Of a stretch of DNA of 64,000 nucleotides, positions 41,887 to 56,285 are shown one piece after another (position 1 is the stretch's first letter; each line of letters opens with the position of its first letter). The notes below the pieces were generated by a model. That model was not told the origin of the DNA. It saw only the letters and a program-made list of their open reading frames with translations, and did no database searches. This DNA comes from the human T2T-CHM13v2.0 reference genome, Homo sapiens, in NCBI RefSeq assembly GCF_009914755.1, contig NC_060933.1. One strand, 5' to 3'. The position numbers and the translations under genes are program-made.

Positions 41887-44800
41887 ACCAAGAATAATGA
41901 AAATCATATTTTGCTCCTGCCTGTGAATGGTGAAAACTTCAAAGGAAGACACATCTGACACTCTTCTGTTGGGAGAGTTTATTCAACTTCATTTTGACTT
42001 CACTGACTTCTATACACTGATCCAAGGTGTTTTTTTATTGGCAGGTTGGATTTAATTTTCAAAAGATAAACTGCTTGATTGCAATCAAAATCAAACAGAA
42101 TAATTTATGAAAAATGGAAGCAAGAGGAGAAAGAATGTAGGAGGAGGTGGACATTTTCCAAGTGATTTAATTGAATATTATCTTAAGAATTTCTGAAGCT
42201 CAAATTCAGAAGGACACGTCTAGTTGGCTAAATTACCAAGTCTGAGAGTAATGAAAGAGTTGCCATTCCATGAGCCTAGAGAGCAAACCAAACTAGAAAT
42301 AGCAATCTCACTTATATATCACAGAATTTCAGTTTAAGCATAGGATACAAGACTAAATCAAGCTTTAAATGTGAACTCTGTATTCACTATGTAAACCTTC
42401 TAACGGAATAGCCTTCAGTGTAAAGAGCTAGTTGGCCATAAATAAGTTTAATTCCCTTCCTTTAAATTTAGATTTGACTCAAGCTGCATGAATTTCTGGA
42501 CAGAGAAAAAATAAATTTGGGGCAGCTAGCTGTTGGTTTTACAGAATTAATTCCAGTCCAGCCTTGTAATCGCATATATTTATTAAAATAACTTTGAAAT
42601 AAAATGTACGGGGTCAAAAAGTATCAAAATATGGTGACTTTAACATGGAAATTTAAATTTTAAAAGAACTATGTGGAAAAATTAAAAATAAGACATATTG
42701 ACAATACACTTAATCAGACAGATTTGTCTTGATACTAAACCCTTTCAGCTAAACTCAATGCCCTCCTTCTAGCTCTTCTTAAAGTTTCACTCTTCAAACA
42801 ACTACTCAGACTCAAAGTACACCCCCAAATTCAACCCACTCACACAAACCTGACTTGATCATGTAAAATATCCTTTCCGCTTTAGCTGACTAAACTTTAA
42901 AACCAATCTAAGCACCTGGTGTGTCAGTGATAATGAACAATAGTGCATATGGCCTATAGGGAGTTAGAGTTGACTCCTAAGTGAGTAACTGCTTGCCACT
43001 GACATACAAGGACTTGAATAGCTCTGGGAACGTGCACAGCTCTTTACTTGCAGAGTAGAAATTCCAAGGATTCTACATCTTTCATTTTGATTACAGTCGA
43101 CACCAAAGGCATTCACACTTGAGATACTGACTGTCCTGATTCTACAGTTCTTTAAAGTGTCTCACCAAAATAATAAGCAGGCTTCCTGATGTCTTTTCTT
43201 TATTCACATGACAAAGGTTGAATATCGTGGTTACTGAGTGGCAGATATTGAGATAATTGGTGTCTCGAAGCACATAAGGGTTGCTGTGCTTGAAGATTTT
43301 CACTAAATTAGTGCTTAAAAGATAACAAATAATTGTAATATAACATGCTGCGTGTTAATGCAGCTATTACATAATATAGACTCAACGAGAAGATAACTAA
43401 CTTTACTGAACGAAGTCAAAGACAGGTGGTAGCACCTAAGTTGAATCGTGAAGGATAGGTAGAGGTTTGACAGAAAGAATCAAGAAGGACAATATAAACA
43501 AATATGAAAGCAATTTCCAACAGACATAAATAAGGGCAGTACATTTGGGAAGCTCAGGATGTTTTTATGTGGCTGGTATGAAAGGAAGAAATAGGGGAAC
43601 AGCAAAAGACAAGGCTGGAAAGGATGGCTGAGGAGAAACTAGGAAGAGCTTACTTACTGTCACTGATGAGGACTTCTTTGGAAAGTCATATTCTCAGAAG
43701 TGTTAGGAAATCATAAAAGAAACAAAATTTTCAACTGAAAGCATTTGATTGAAAAAAGACCTTGCTTGAGGGCGTTTATCTTTATCTTTGTGAGGTCAAA
43801 TTTTGCTAAGGATGGTTAAGATGGTAAAGTCAGCACCTGATACAGAAGATGCTTGACTACAAATTCATAATATATCTATGGTCTCCCTGGACCATTCAGT
43901 TTTAATGCCTACAGAACCAGTGTGGAACAAAAGGTACGTAGACCTGGTGAAAGGTCACACTTGTTTATTGTAAGCTTGCCTTTGTTGTTGCTATTTCTAA
44001 TTTCAAGTAAGAAACAAGTTTCCAGACCTCAAATAAGGAGATATAACTGGTAGATATAACTAGTAGATCTTCTCAAAATGACATTAACTTCTTTTTGTAA
44101 ACTCCTACTTCCTCATAGTATAGCTGGAGAAACATCTTACCAATGTGGAGTAGACAGTGATATCTTAATAGCAGAAATGTCTCACAATTTGATTCTTTAT
44201 TGGTGTGAAACACTGTATCATAAAAGGTTTCGAGGCCATATCCTTAAGAGGAGTGGTAGATTTTCAATGAAAGAGCTGTTTAGTATTTTGGAAAATGCAA
44301 CTTCTAAAACCAGCAAACAAGTATCACAAATGGTGATGATGATCATAGCACCCTTGGCAAATGGCCTCCAGAGAACCATCATAGCTGGTGAAATGGATAC
44401 AACATGATTAAAGAGAACTTCCATCTTTTCTTTCTGAGCATTTCATTATACCACTGATTCTCAAAGAGCTGGCCCTGGGAACCTAGTGAGGTCTTTCCCA
44501 GTAGGATACATATATATGCATATCTCATATATTCACATATAGTAGTTATGCATATACTACTGATATGAGTGATAGGGACTTCTCTAGATCCCAAGTTAAC
44601 TTCCTAATAGTAGAAAAGGCACTACATTGATGTAATATATAATGCCCAGTAATTTCCACTAATTCTAGTGTTTGCTTTTTTTGCTGGATTGGTTTGACAT
44701 GTGAAATCACACAGAATAAATCTAATCTCCAATCTCCACTTTACAATCCCCACTCCATGACACTCAATTACTTTAAATGTTTTATCCTCTACTCCAAAGT

Positions 44801-45046
44801 CTGCTGTTTTTTAAAGACAAAAATCAAACCAAATAAACATAAATCCTAATTATCTCACTTTTCTATAATAGAAAACTTACAAAGAAATTTCAAACAAATG
44901 GAAAAGTTTACTTTATCAAAGATCTCCTAAGAATCTGTAATCATTCTCTAATATTAAAATGTTTGGCACAAACATCAGAACTCAAATATATAATATAAAT
45001 CCTGGCAAACAACTCCACAATATATTGAAAAATCCACCTAATCATT

Positions 45047-45400
45047 TGATACGGTTTGGCTGTGTCCCCATCCAAATCTCATCTTGAATTGTAATCCCCA
45101 CATGTCGAGGGAGGGACCTGGTGGGAGGTGATTGGATCATGGGGGCAGTTTCCCCCATGCTATTCTCATGATAGTGAGTCCTCACAAGATCATGGTTTTA
45201 TATGTGTTTGACTGTTCCTCCTTCCGACGCTCTCGCTCTGTCTTGCCTGCGGCCATGTAAAACGTGCCTGCTTCCCTTTCTGCCATGATTCTAAGTTTCC
45301 TGGGACCTCCCCAGCCATGAAGAACTGTGAGTTGATTAAGCCTCTTTTCTTATAAATTACCCAGTCTTGAGTATTTCTTTATAGCAGTATGAGAATGAAA
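45047..45400 (+). mobile_element. THE1D-like solo LTR
   Basis: tgatacggtttggctgtgtcccc...ataaattacccagtct; TSD-like TCATT/TCATA. Confidence 0.9.
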
Positions 45401-45418
45401 TCATATATGTTTAACCCC

Positions 45419-45720
45419 TTTTTTTTTTTTTTTTTTTTGGGACAGAGTCTCACTCTGTCACCCAGGCTGGAGTGCAGTGGCGCAAACTTGGCTCACTGTA
45501 AGCTCCGCCTCCCAGGTTCACTCCATTCTCCTGCCTCAGACTCCTGAGTAGCTGGAACTACAGGCCCCCACCATCATGCCCAGCTAATTTTTTTGTATTT
45601 TTAGTAGAGACGTGGTTTCTCCGTGTTAGCCAAAATGGTCTAGATCTCCTGACCTCATGATCTGCCCGCCTCGGCCTCCCAAAGTGCTGGGATTACAGGT
45701 GTGAGCCACCACACCCAGCC
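45419..45720 (-). mobile_element. AluY
   Basis: aagctccgcctcc, ccattctcc and ccgtgttagcca diagnostics. Confidence 0.93.
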
Positions 45721-46803
45721 CCTAAACCTGTTTTTTTTTTTTTTTTTATGGCAAATTAAATAAAAAACTTTAAGTCAAAATGTGTGAAAAGATTGCAGAC
45801 AACCAAACTATGGCAGAAGAGTTTGATCACATGATAAGCTTACTCTGAAAAATAGTTTTTTAAAAAACAAGAAGGATCAGCCAGGTGTTGACATACAAAA
45901 CCATATAGCCAATCAAAGCTTATTTGAACCATATACCTATGTTGAGAGAGACAGTTTAGAATTTAAATGCCATACAGGGGCATTCAGTGCTTAGAGGGAA
46001 AAAAATTAGTACTGCTTTTATCTGGATATAAGCCATGAGTGGAGAAAAACAATGTACACACATGTAGACTTTATATATGTATGTATAGTCACATAATCTT
46101 TCATATATATGTAATATAACAAACCAATGTCTGGGAAAGTTAATGGCAACAGTTTAAGAGCATCAAGATAAACTCTTTGTGCTTAGAAAGTTTAGTTTTG
46201 TCTTAATGCTATTCATGAAGTGCATCGAAAAGTTAGTTTAATTCAATAAACACTCTTCTTTAGAATTATTTACTAAGTTTACTGTATTGGAGGTCATAAT
46301 AATGAATCAGAAGGTGCTCTTGTTTTCACTGAGCTTATAGCCTAATTAATAAGAAAAAGTAATGATGCGTAATCCATGTGTGTTGACTTTTAAAAATTCC
46401 TGCTCTATGTGTCTCTCTTTAAAGGTGTAAGTTAGTATGTCTTCAGTAGGCTAGACACTTATCTTAGTTACCCACAACAGATGCAATTCTATGTTGTGCC
46501 TATGCCATTGTATATCGCTACAAATCATAGGTTAAGTTCCTGGAAGGAAATAACAGGCTGATCAAGGATTTTCTTAAAAGCTTCAATATGTCTTAAAGGC
46601 ACAGGTATCAGAGATTCTAAACATATTTATCTTTTTCACAAAAGTAATATATCCTATTTGATAAAACTATAGAATTCATAGTAATGCAGGGTAATGTGAG
46701 GTTCACCAATCATTGTAAGATATAAAATACAAGAAAAAATAATATAGTATTTTGCATATCATGAATTATCTTAATATGAAAATAATACTCCATCACATAA
46801 AAT

Positions 46804-46855
46804 ATATGGATTTTATGGATTATATGGATTATATGGATATATGGATTATATGGAT
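46804..46855. repeat. 9-bp tandem repeat (TATATGGAT) x about 6
   Basis: atatggattttatggattatatggattatatggatatatggattatatggat. Confidence 0.9.
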
Positions 46856-48742
46856 AAATATACGCATTTATAATACAGTCTCAAAAATAAATTAGCAAGT
46901 GGACAAATACAATAATTACTTTTAAAGCACTCTGGGGAAGATCTGAAAAAAATAAAAAAGATGCTTAATATACTACATTATTTAAACAAATGTAAATTAC
47001 ATTGAGTTCATGGTTCTATTTATGAACTTAGAATAAGCATCGTTAACACATAAAGAAAAAAACAGACGACAAGAGGCCTGCAGAGGAGCAGAAACAATGC
47101 GGAAAGTGAGAAAGAAAAGTCCAGTTATTTTGAAAAACAAGATTGGTTTCAATATTATCATTTGGCCATCTTAAGGAACTGCAGGTTAATCAATACATTA
47201 TAATTGATTAAAAGGAAGTATTTACAATATATACAATAGTACTAATATATTTAGACACATAAACTACATTTAATAAAATCTGTGTTAAGAGTCCTAAACA
47301 ATGCTATAATATTTAATCCTTATCTAAGCTAGGCAACACAAAGCAACAATATTGTTGATAAACAGCTTTGCTACATAAGGTATTGGGAAACTAAGTAAAC
47401 TTGTGATAGCTTTGGTTTTTAAGGTGCTATGGTTGGACTCCATTTGACACATTTAATAAATGGTGCATACAATTTTTAGCTAAATATCTAACAGGATGTC
47501 ATCCTAAAACCTCATGTTCCTATATTACTGTGCTGTTAACAGAAACAGCTTGCAGAGATTTATGGCTTCTATTAATTACACTAAAAAATATGGTAGATTT
47601 GCTCAAATAAATCAATTGTAACAGAAAAAAAGCGCATTTTTAAAATTACAATCATGCGTTACAAATGACTGCCATTATCAATTCTGCCTTTTCATTTATT
47701 CCCAAAGTGAAGGGTTAAAGGGGGAATCTTTCTGTTTTCCTAGATTTAACCCTGGAAGAGCAGTCTTTGAGTTAGTACTTTAAATAGCTTACAGGGATTC
47801 TAGTTAATAGCCTCAAAAATTGGAAAGAAATGAGACAAAATATCAAGACAAGAATAAGATTGAAATATATAAATTTCTGCCTATCCCTGTTTTTATAAAG
47901 TAAGTTTCCTCCCCTTACCAATTATGTTTCAGTTCTATATTTCCATTCAGTGCTACTTTGGCTTTTTTTAAAATTATTCATATACCTGTTAATACACCCT
48001 CCTTGTTCCACAAAGAATTTACCAATCTTTGCATTTATACAAACAATAAAAGCAAAAATATCAAAATAAAACAAAAAAAAGGAGAAAATATTTTTACAAC
48101 AGTGAAAATAAAAGGAAGAAGGAAAGATCAAATAAAAAACAGAATGCATTCAAGTTTACATTTAGAACTACATTTCAGATTTCTGAACACTTTTTGTTGG
48201 GCTCTAAATCAATATCAATTTCATGCTCACTGATGTTCCCAAGGAGTTGTGTTTCTTTATTCAATATGGCCCTGAACACTGTGAGCCCTAGATGTAACTT
48301 ATATTCTCAAATACTTATGTGGCTTGGCATTCATACAGAATCTGTCTGAATTGGTAAAAATACTCAGATTTGTTTTTTCACTCTTCATTAACCTCCTATG
48401 ACAAGTATAATCCACTATCCCAAATATTTATTATTATTTAAAAGAAAAATGTACTCATTTTTCTTGGACCAACTTGTTTAAAGACACAAAGGACTCATCA
48501 TCCTGAAGAAAATTACAAATGTATTAATAACTTTTTATGCCATCTATAAACATCTCTCATTTTGGTACTAAAGAAGATAGGGGTCTTTTTATCCCCTTAC
48601 TAGTTAGAGAAGAGCCAAACATATAAATATGCATGGAGAAAAGCCTGAGAGAACATCTACCAACATGTTTACAGTATTTATCTGAGTCACTGGATCATGA
48701 TTAGACTTTCATACATTCTCCAAATTTTCTACAATGAGATTA

Positions 48743-49057
<315 letters not shown>

Positions 49058-49516
49058 CCCAGCATCTGAAAAGTATCAAAGTACTGAAACAATAAAGGAC
49101 ATATAATCAGTCAATATGAAAGCATAATATTTTTGACCCTTAGAAAACAGGCTAGGAAAATGGTCTTTCTATCAGATCATGCCTTTTAACACAAGCAATT
49201 ATTTCCAAAAACCAATCAAATGTACAATGCTGCTTATACTTCATAGCACTAAAAAGTATCCTTCATCATGAATGGGAGAGGATCTTTCATTGGAAGAGCC
49301 ATTTGTAAAGGAAACCACTGTCTGACCTTCTCAGAGAAATGCTGTCTTCCAACGAGTTAAAATGCTTGGGTTATCAATCTATGAGCCAAGTTGGAATCAT
49401 TAATCCCAAGTCTAGACATTTCAAGACGTAGAAGCAAAATAGCAAAAGATACAGAGTGTATAGAGTTCTGCTCCTTTGCTGGAAAAGGAGACAAAGGTTG
49501 AACTTTAACTGAAAAA

Positions 49517-49880
49517 TGATACGGTTTGTCTGTGTCCCCATCCAAATCTCACCTTGAATTGTAGCTCCCATAATTATAACGTGTCCTGGGAAGGACCCGG
49601 TGGGAGATAACTGAATCAAGTGGGCAGGTCTTTCCCAAGCTGTTCTCATGAGACTTAATACGTCTCATGAGATGTGATGGTTTTATGAAGGGGAGTTCTC
49701 CTGCATACATTCTCTTGCATTCCACCATGTAAAACATGACTTTACTTCTCATTTGCCTTCTACCATGATTGTGAGACCTACCCAACCATGTGGAACTGTG
49801 AGTCAGTTAAACCTCTTTCCTTTATAAATTACTCAGTCTCAGGTATGTCTTTATTAGCAGCGTGGGAACAGACTAAAACA
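49517..49880 (+). mobile_element. THE1C-like solo LTR
   Basis: tgatacggtttgtctgtgtcccc...ttattagcagcgtgggaacagactaaaaca. Confidence 0.92.
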
Positions 49881-49893
49881 AAAAGTAAAAACT

Positions 49894-49945
49894 GTCTATG
49901 GCCATATCTGTCTATATCACCCTGAATGCACCCCATCTCTTCTGA
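49894..49945 (+). pseudogene. 3'-truncated (tailless) 5S rRNA retropseudogene, nt 1-42 with a 10-nt insertion
   Basis: GTCTATGGCCATAT[CTGTCTATAT]CACCCTGAATGCACCCCATCTCTTCTGA vs 5S GTCTACGGCCATACCACCCTGAACGCGCCCGATCTCGTCTGA; mismatches mostly at CpGs; TSD AAAAGTAAAAAC at 49881-49892 and 49945-49956. Confidence 0.88.
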
Positions 49946-50113
49946 AAAGTAAAAACAAAACAAAAGTCATTGAAGCATCAGTTACCTATGGAACATCTTG
50001 TGTTTGCAAAACTGATGCAAACAATAACTCTGGAGTAATGAATTTTTTTGATACTTTTTTTTCTTAATTCAAAAGTAGAAAGTTACAAAACACAAAATTC
50101 ACAGAAAACAAAA

Positions 50114-52264
50114 GGGGGAACGCAAGATGGATGAGGGCTCTACTGATGGCCCTTTCCCCCACCCGCCCACCCTTTTTTTTTTTTTTTTTTTTTTTTTTTG
50201 AAACGGAGTTTCACTCTTGTTGCCCAGGCTGGAGTGCAACGGCGCGATCACTGCAACCTCCGCCTCCTGGGTTGAAGCGATTCTCCTGCTTCAGCCTCCT
50301 TGAGTAGCTGGGATTACAGGCGTGCGCCACCACGCCTGGATAATTTTGTACTTTTAGTAGAGACGGGGCTTCTCCATGTTGGTCAGGCTGGTCTCAAATT
50401 CCCTACCTCAGATGATCCACCAGCCTCGGCCCCCCAAATTGCTGGAATTTACAGGCATGAGCCACGGCGCCTGGCCGGCCCCTCCCCTTTGGTAGAAACC
50501 AAAAATCAAGTGAGCACTCGCAGTGCCTAATTTTGATTTCATATTGTTGAAAGAGGCACTGAAGAAGGTAGAAAAGACAGTGGTGAATTGCCCACGCTGC
50601 CCCTCCCCCATCCCCTGGCTGCAGCCTGGTAGTGTAAGGAATCTATGTGCTTGGGATGGGTGGAGCACAGTGAATGGGAGGCTTTCATCCAACTCAGTGC
50701 TGCCCTCTCACAGTGGAAAGCAGAACCAGGCTGTATTCAGCCGACACCTGCCCATGGAGGGGGCATTTGGACTGGCCTAGCCAGACGGAGGGGATTGCCC
50801 ATCCCAGCAGTCAGAGCTTGAGTTCCCACAAGCCTCACCATCACAGGCTGAAGCACTCTGAGGCCGTATGTGAACTCCAGGGGCAGTCTAGGCCACAAAT
50901 ACTGAAATTCCTAGGCAAGTCCTAGTGCTGCACTGGGCTCACGGCCAGTGGACTGGAGGGGCATGTAACCTACTAACACTCCAGCCTGGGTAGTTAAGGG
51001 AGTGCTTGGATCACCCCTCCATCAACACCAGGCAGCAAAGCTCACAGCTCTAAAAGACACCCTTTCCTTCTGCTTGAGAATAGAAGAGGAAAGAGTAAAG
51101 AGGACTCTGTCTTGCATCTTGGATGCCCACACAGCCACAGTAGGATGGGGCACTGGTCAGGTCATGAGGTCCCCATTATAGGCCCCAGGTCCCTGATATT
51201 TCTAGACACATCTTTGGCCAGAAGGGAACCTGCTGCCTTGTAGCAAAGGACCCAGTCCAGGCAGAATCCAGACCCTACTGACTAAAGAGCCCTTAGTCCC
51301 TAAAGAACCAGCAGTAATACCCAGGTAATATACCACAGGCCTTGGGTAAGTCTCAAACACATGCTGGTTTCAGGTGAGAACCATCATATTACCAACTGTG
51401 GTGGCTATGGGGAGAAACTGCTTCTGCTTGAGAAAAGCAGAGGGAAAAATAAAAAAGAAACTTTGTCTTGCACCTGAGGTACCAGCTCAGCCATAGTGGG
51501 GTAAAGCACCAGGCAGGCTCTCCGGGTCCCCAGCATCCTGGATGGCATTTCTAGACCTGCCCTGGGCCAAAGAGCTGATCGCCTTGAAGGGTGAGTCCCA
51601 GTCCTGGCAGCCACAAGCTGACTGAAGAGCTTTTAGGCCTTAAGTGAACACTGGCAGGAGCTTGGCAGTACTCCCTATGGGCCCGTGGTGGTGGCCATGG
51701 TGTGATGTTCCTCTATCTGTGGAAAGGGGACCGAAGAGTGAGAAGCACTATGTCATATGGCTTTATTGCCAGCCCAGCCACAGCAGACTAGAACACCAAG
51801 TAGACTTCTAAAGTTTTTGACTCCAGTCCCTGGCTCCCAGATGGCATCTCTGAATCTGCCACAAGCCTGGCAGAACTCACCACCCTTAAAAGAAGGCCTG
51901 GATGGCTTTGCCACCTGCAGACTGTAGAGCCCTATGGCCTTGAGCAAACATAGATAGTAGCCAGGTAATGGTTACAGCAGGCCTTGGGCAAGACTCAGTG
52001 CTATTCTTGCTTCAGCTATGACACAGCATAGTCCCAGTGGTGATGGCCACAGGGTTTTTTCTATGACCTCACCCTTGGCTCCAGGCAGCTCAGCACACAG
52101 AGACAGACTCCATTTGTTTGGGAGAAAGTAAGGCAAGAGAACAACAGTTTCTGCCTGGTAATGCACAGAACTTTTCTGGAGCCTATCCAAGACCAAAATG
52201 GCAAAACATCTACAAGTCTCCAAGAACCACTGTGCTATTGGGGTTGGGATGCTACTGATGGCAG
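50114..52264 (+). mobile_element. L1M1/L1MA-type 5' UTR with no ORF1/ORF2 following, interrupted by AluSp
   Basis: Starts gggggaacgcaagatgg (L1 5' end with YY1-type AAGATGG); aaccaaaaatcaagtgagcactc...gaaagaggcactgaag; internal 300-360 bp repeats. Confidence 0.75.
50173..50476 (-). mobile_element. AluSp
   Basis: ttcactcttgttgcccagg, ttctccatgttggtcagg; long poly(T). Confidence 0.93.
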
Positions 52265-52389
52265 TATTGTTTTTCCTACTGATTGACAGTGTTGTCACAG
52301 AGTAAATTCTTAAACGAATAGCATAGAATTCAAATGATCAAAAGCACATATTATCAGGGTTGGAAAAGGAAAATTAGAAAACCATACAT

Positions 52390-52560
52390 TTATTAATTTA
52401 GTCAGTTAAGAAATATGTATCAAGCACCTAGTCATTGTGCCAGATTGGGGAATCTAGGTACAAAAGGTACACAACCAGCCTGGAATGGACCTCCAGTATG
52501 GAGATGAAAATAATTATAGGTAGTGACAATGGTGACCCAATGTAGTGCACTGCAAGGACA
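52390..52560 (-). mobile_element. L2 fragment
   Basis: aaatatgtatcaagcacctagtcattgtgccag. Confidence 0.5.
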
Positions 52561-54639
52561 GAAAAGGGTAGAAGATATCAGATCTCCATCTCTACACTCA
52601 GTCACTTACACTTAGCAATGTGCTACCAAACAGAAGATGAAAAGGAGGGAAAAATGGAACATGACAGGAACTCCCTCTGCATATATTTACAGGCACAATG
52701 TCCAATAAACTGGTGAAAGAAAAGTGTTTCTATAAACGACCTTAGCATTCTATCTTTCACCTGAGCCAATAGTTCTAAATAGAAAACTGTGAACATGTTT
52801 TCACAATTAAGGTGTTTACAATTACATCTATCTGTAAAGACCCCTAGATATTGCTGGCATACACCTTCCTCATTGCCCAGGGCTTCTGAGACTTCACACT
52901 ACCTTGTCTGTATAAGCCTTTGGTGGTGCTTCTTCTCTCCACTTATAAATAGGATGACAACAGCAACTGTGACTCTTGCCACATGATATAAACTTACTAT
53001 GAGCCTTATCAGGAATGAGAATACCAGAGACCATTGTTTCATGAGATGATGAATTCCCTAAACGTGTAAAAAGACAATATACAAACAAATATTTAATTTT
53101 TAAAATTGTTTTTCAAAACTGCAGCAGGAATCAGCATGTTTTTATCTGACATAAAACCAAAACGGCCTTCAACATCTCTTTGTAATAGTCTCATGTGTTC
53201 AGACACTACAGACAATCGTCAATAGAAAAGACTGTCAACTTGAATGAACTCAACCTGCATCAATATTTTTCCAGAGTCAGCACCATGCCCAAACTAAGAG
53301 AAACATGCAGTTACATAAATAAATGAATATGGATGCATGTGCATATATATGCATTTGTATATACACAAAATGAATGTGAATATCTTTCTATATCTGTATC
53401 CTAGCTTTAATTCCATCTCCATCTCTATGCACCTGCATATACTCATTCAACTAATTCATTCATCTGCATAAACTCATTCGATATAATCCCCTTTAGTCAA
53501 ACCCACCACTGAATTAGTCTTCCTTAGACTGCTGCCACTGGAAGATGAAGAGATTCCAACAACACTGCAAAAAAATATAGCAACTAAACCTGTCTTAATC
53601 AATTTTTAGGTTTCAAACAGAGGTTCTTAATCATAAGTAGTATTCTATTACCTGCAAGATGATTTGTATTCATGGAAGTATACTATAATCCTTACCAGAA
53701 ACTAATAATGATTTTAATAAACTTGCATTGACTTCAGAGGTTTCACCATTTATAAGTTGCTTAATTCAGTCTTTGTAAAATCATTCATTACTCTTTACAG
53801 ACATCAGCTGGGGAACTACAAGGCAATTATTAGATTAAACTGGATTTAAAGGTTGCTTTTATTGTAATTGCAAAAGAAAAAAATCTAAGTTTTCTTAAAT
53901 ATTATATTGTACTTAGACAACAGTTTAAACTCTTGGTGTGAGTAGAAAGGCTGGGTCTTTGGCCCTATAGACAGCTTTCTCCAGTCAGTGGTTTCAAAAG
54001 TATTTACTTTGTAACACTGGAGCTACATCTCCTTAACGGTTTGCTTTCTCACTTATTTGAGAACTTTTTTCCTATAACGTGAATAAAAAGAAGAACCTTA
54101 GCACCCCAAGCACCATTTTTTAAGTTAAATACTTCCTTTATATGAGAAGCAGATGCTGTCAATAGAAGTCACCCGAATTCAGCAAGCAGTTAGACGATTA
54201 ATCAACTTAGAATATAAATCCAACTATAGTTGTTACTTATAAGGGAAGTTGATGAAAAGTACATGTCCTAACTCTCCTATCCATTGATATAATCAATCTA
54301 TCAATAATAAAGTATTAATTAGAAATATTTTCAGGACTTTGGAGGAAACAAACAATTATACATTGCTTCCACATGCAAATATTTCACAATTTAGTTATAG
54401 TGAAATCCCTTAATGGAAAAGCCCAACTAATTAGAAGAAAGGCTACAATGAAAACATGTACTTTGTATTAAAAAGCATTAGACACTATAATGTGTTTCCT
54501 ATCAACCATGCCTCAAAGTTTCTCCTACCTGTCCTGGAAACACAATATAGCTATTCTCACAACTACATATATCCAAAATTAAACAATTATGCTGAGAGTG
54601 TTTAATTCTTCACTTCAGCTTCCAGCATATCATACTGTC

Positions 54640-55490
54640 AATGAATTAACATTCATTGACAATCTACTATGTGCCCAGTACTGTTGTTGTAAAGTAAGGA
54701 ACTCAAAAACAAGACATAGTCTCTAACCTCAAGATCCTCCCAGGAGAGGAGGGGAGACCCATGCATGAAGTAAAACACAATGCTTTAAGGTATAGTCGAG
54801 GAAAGAGCAAAGTGCCACAGTGGCACACAAGAGAGGACCATTAGATCTCAGAAAATAGCCAGGGAAGTAATATATGAGCTAGATCTTTTTCAGAGGAATA
54901 GATTTCCCAGTAAACATTAACTGGATGAATCACAGATAGGGTGGGAAAGGAAGAAGACTTACTAAGGCAGAGAAATACAAGCACAGCATGATATTTTTTG
55001 AGTGGAAAGTTCAGCCTGACAAGAGCATGAAGTACATTACATCAGATAAGGGTAAGTCCAAGATGAGGCCAGCAAGGGACCCTGGCCATACTGCCTCAGG
55101 GTTTTCTCCTATAGCCACTGGGGAATGATACCAAAGTGGACAGTCAAGGAACAGATGCCAAAACCCTTGCAAAAATCCCCAAAGCAATAAGGGGGACTCA
55201 AGCTAAATCAGATAAATATAGCATGAAAAGAGGAGGTCAAATTTAAGATGCATTTCTGAAGTAATCAATTATCTCCTAAGCTATTGCCTACTGAGTTTGG
55301 TGGAATAAGGAGGAAAAGAGAAATCAAGTAAGTCTGTGAGTTTTCAGGCTTTCATAAACGGGTATGATGATGCCATTAACTGAGATGGAAAATATAGAAA
55401 ATGGGAGAGAAAATAAGGTCATCCCTTAACATGTATAGCCTGAGATTACTGCAATACATTTAGGTGCAAATATCCAGTGAGGAGGTATGG
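54640..55490 (-). mobile_element. L2 fragment
   Basis: acattcattgacaatctactatgtgcccagtactg...aagacatagtctctaacctcaag...tgccattaactgagatggaaaa. Confidence 0.7.
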
Positions 55491-56067
55491 GAAAGTAAGC
55501 AAGTTATTTTCCATGCAACTTATTTAGGAACAATAGCAATTTGATTTCTGGGTTTTCCATTTATTTAAGTAACAAAACAAAAATAAACTGCCATCTTTTA
55601 ATCTATTAGTTGAATCACTCTTGGTAACCTCTGGCCTATCAAACTGTGCAACTGCCCATGCTCCCAACCCAACTGCCACAAATAAACTCTTCTTCTATCA
55701 ACCTCTTCAGCAAGAAAGCATTTTGCCAACATAATATGCCTCAGCAGACCTTAAAATAATGAAGTTGGAAAAATGTGGGTGAGCAAATTTTGAAGTATAT
55801 TAAACCTGACAATTTAATATTTATGTAAGCTGCAAGTGCTAAGCATAATTGGACTTAACTATTGGCTTAGGTTTAATGGGTTGTGAATTTAACTTCATTA
55901 TCATAGTTTTGCCTGCTCTTTGAGCTCATTCAACCGAACTAGAGAAAAAAAACTGAGAGCCATTTTCTACCTCACCAAAACCATTTTTGAGATGACCTGA
56001 AACCATTGGGTCAAAGAAGGCGGATTCTTTCATTTCACAAAAGAGAAGAGCTTCAGTGAAGACTCCT

Positions 56068-56285
56068 CAGTGGTTACAGTCAGAAAACAAACATGGGTTT
56101 ACTCTAGATGGGCTAGTTACTGTGAGTCTTTAGGCAAGTTACTAAGCCTCTGGAAGCCTCCATCTCTACATAAATAGGGATAATATAAAACTTTCAAGAT
56201 ACTGTGAGGATGAAAGGAGAATGTACCTAAATCACCTGGCAGAATGCTTTTGCACATGATGTGACATCAGTGCACGTTGGTTCCC
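56068..56285 (+). mobile_element. MIR
   Basis: ctttaggcaagttactaagcctct...aaatagggataata...tgtgaggatgaaagga. Confidence 0.75.

Noticed and set aside
47958-48233. Lysine-rich 91-aa ORF
   Set aside because: Product of an A-rich low-complexity stretch
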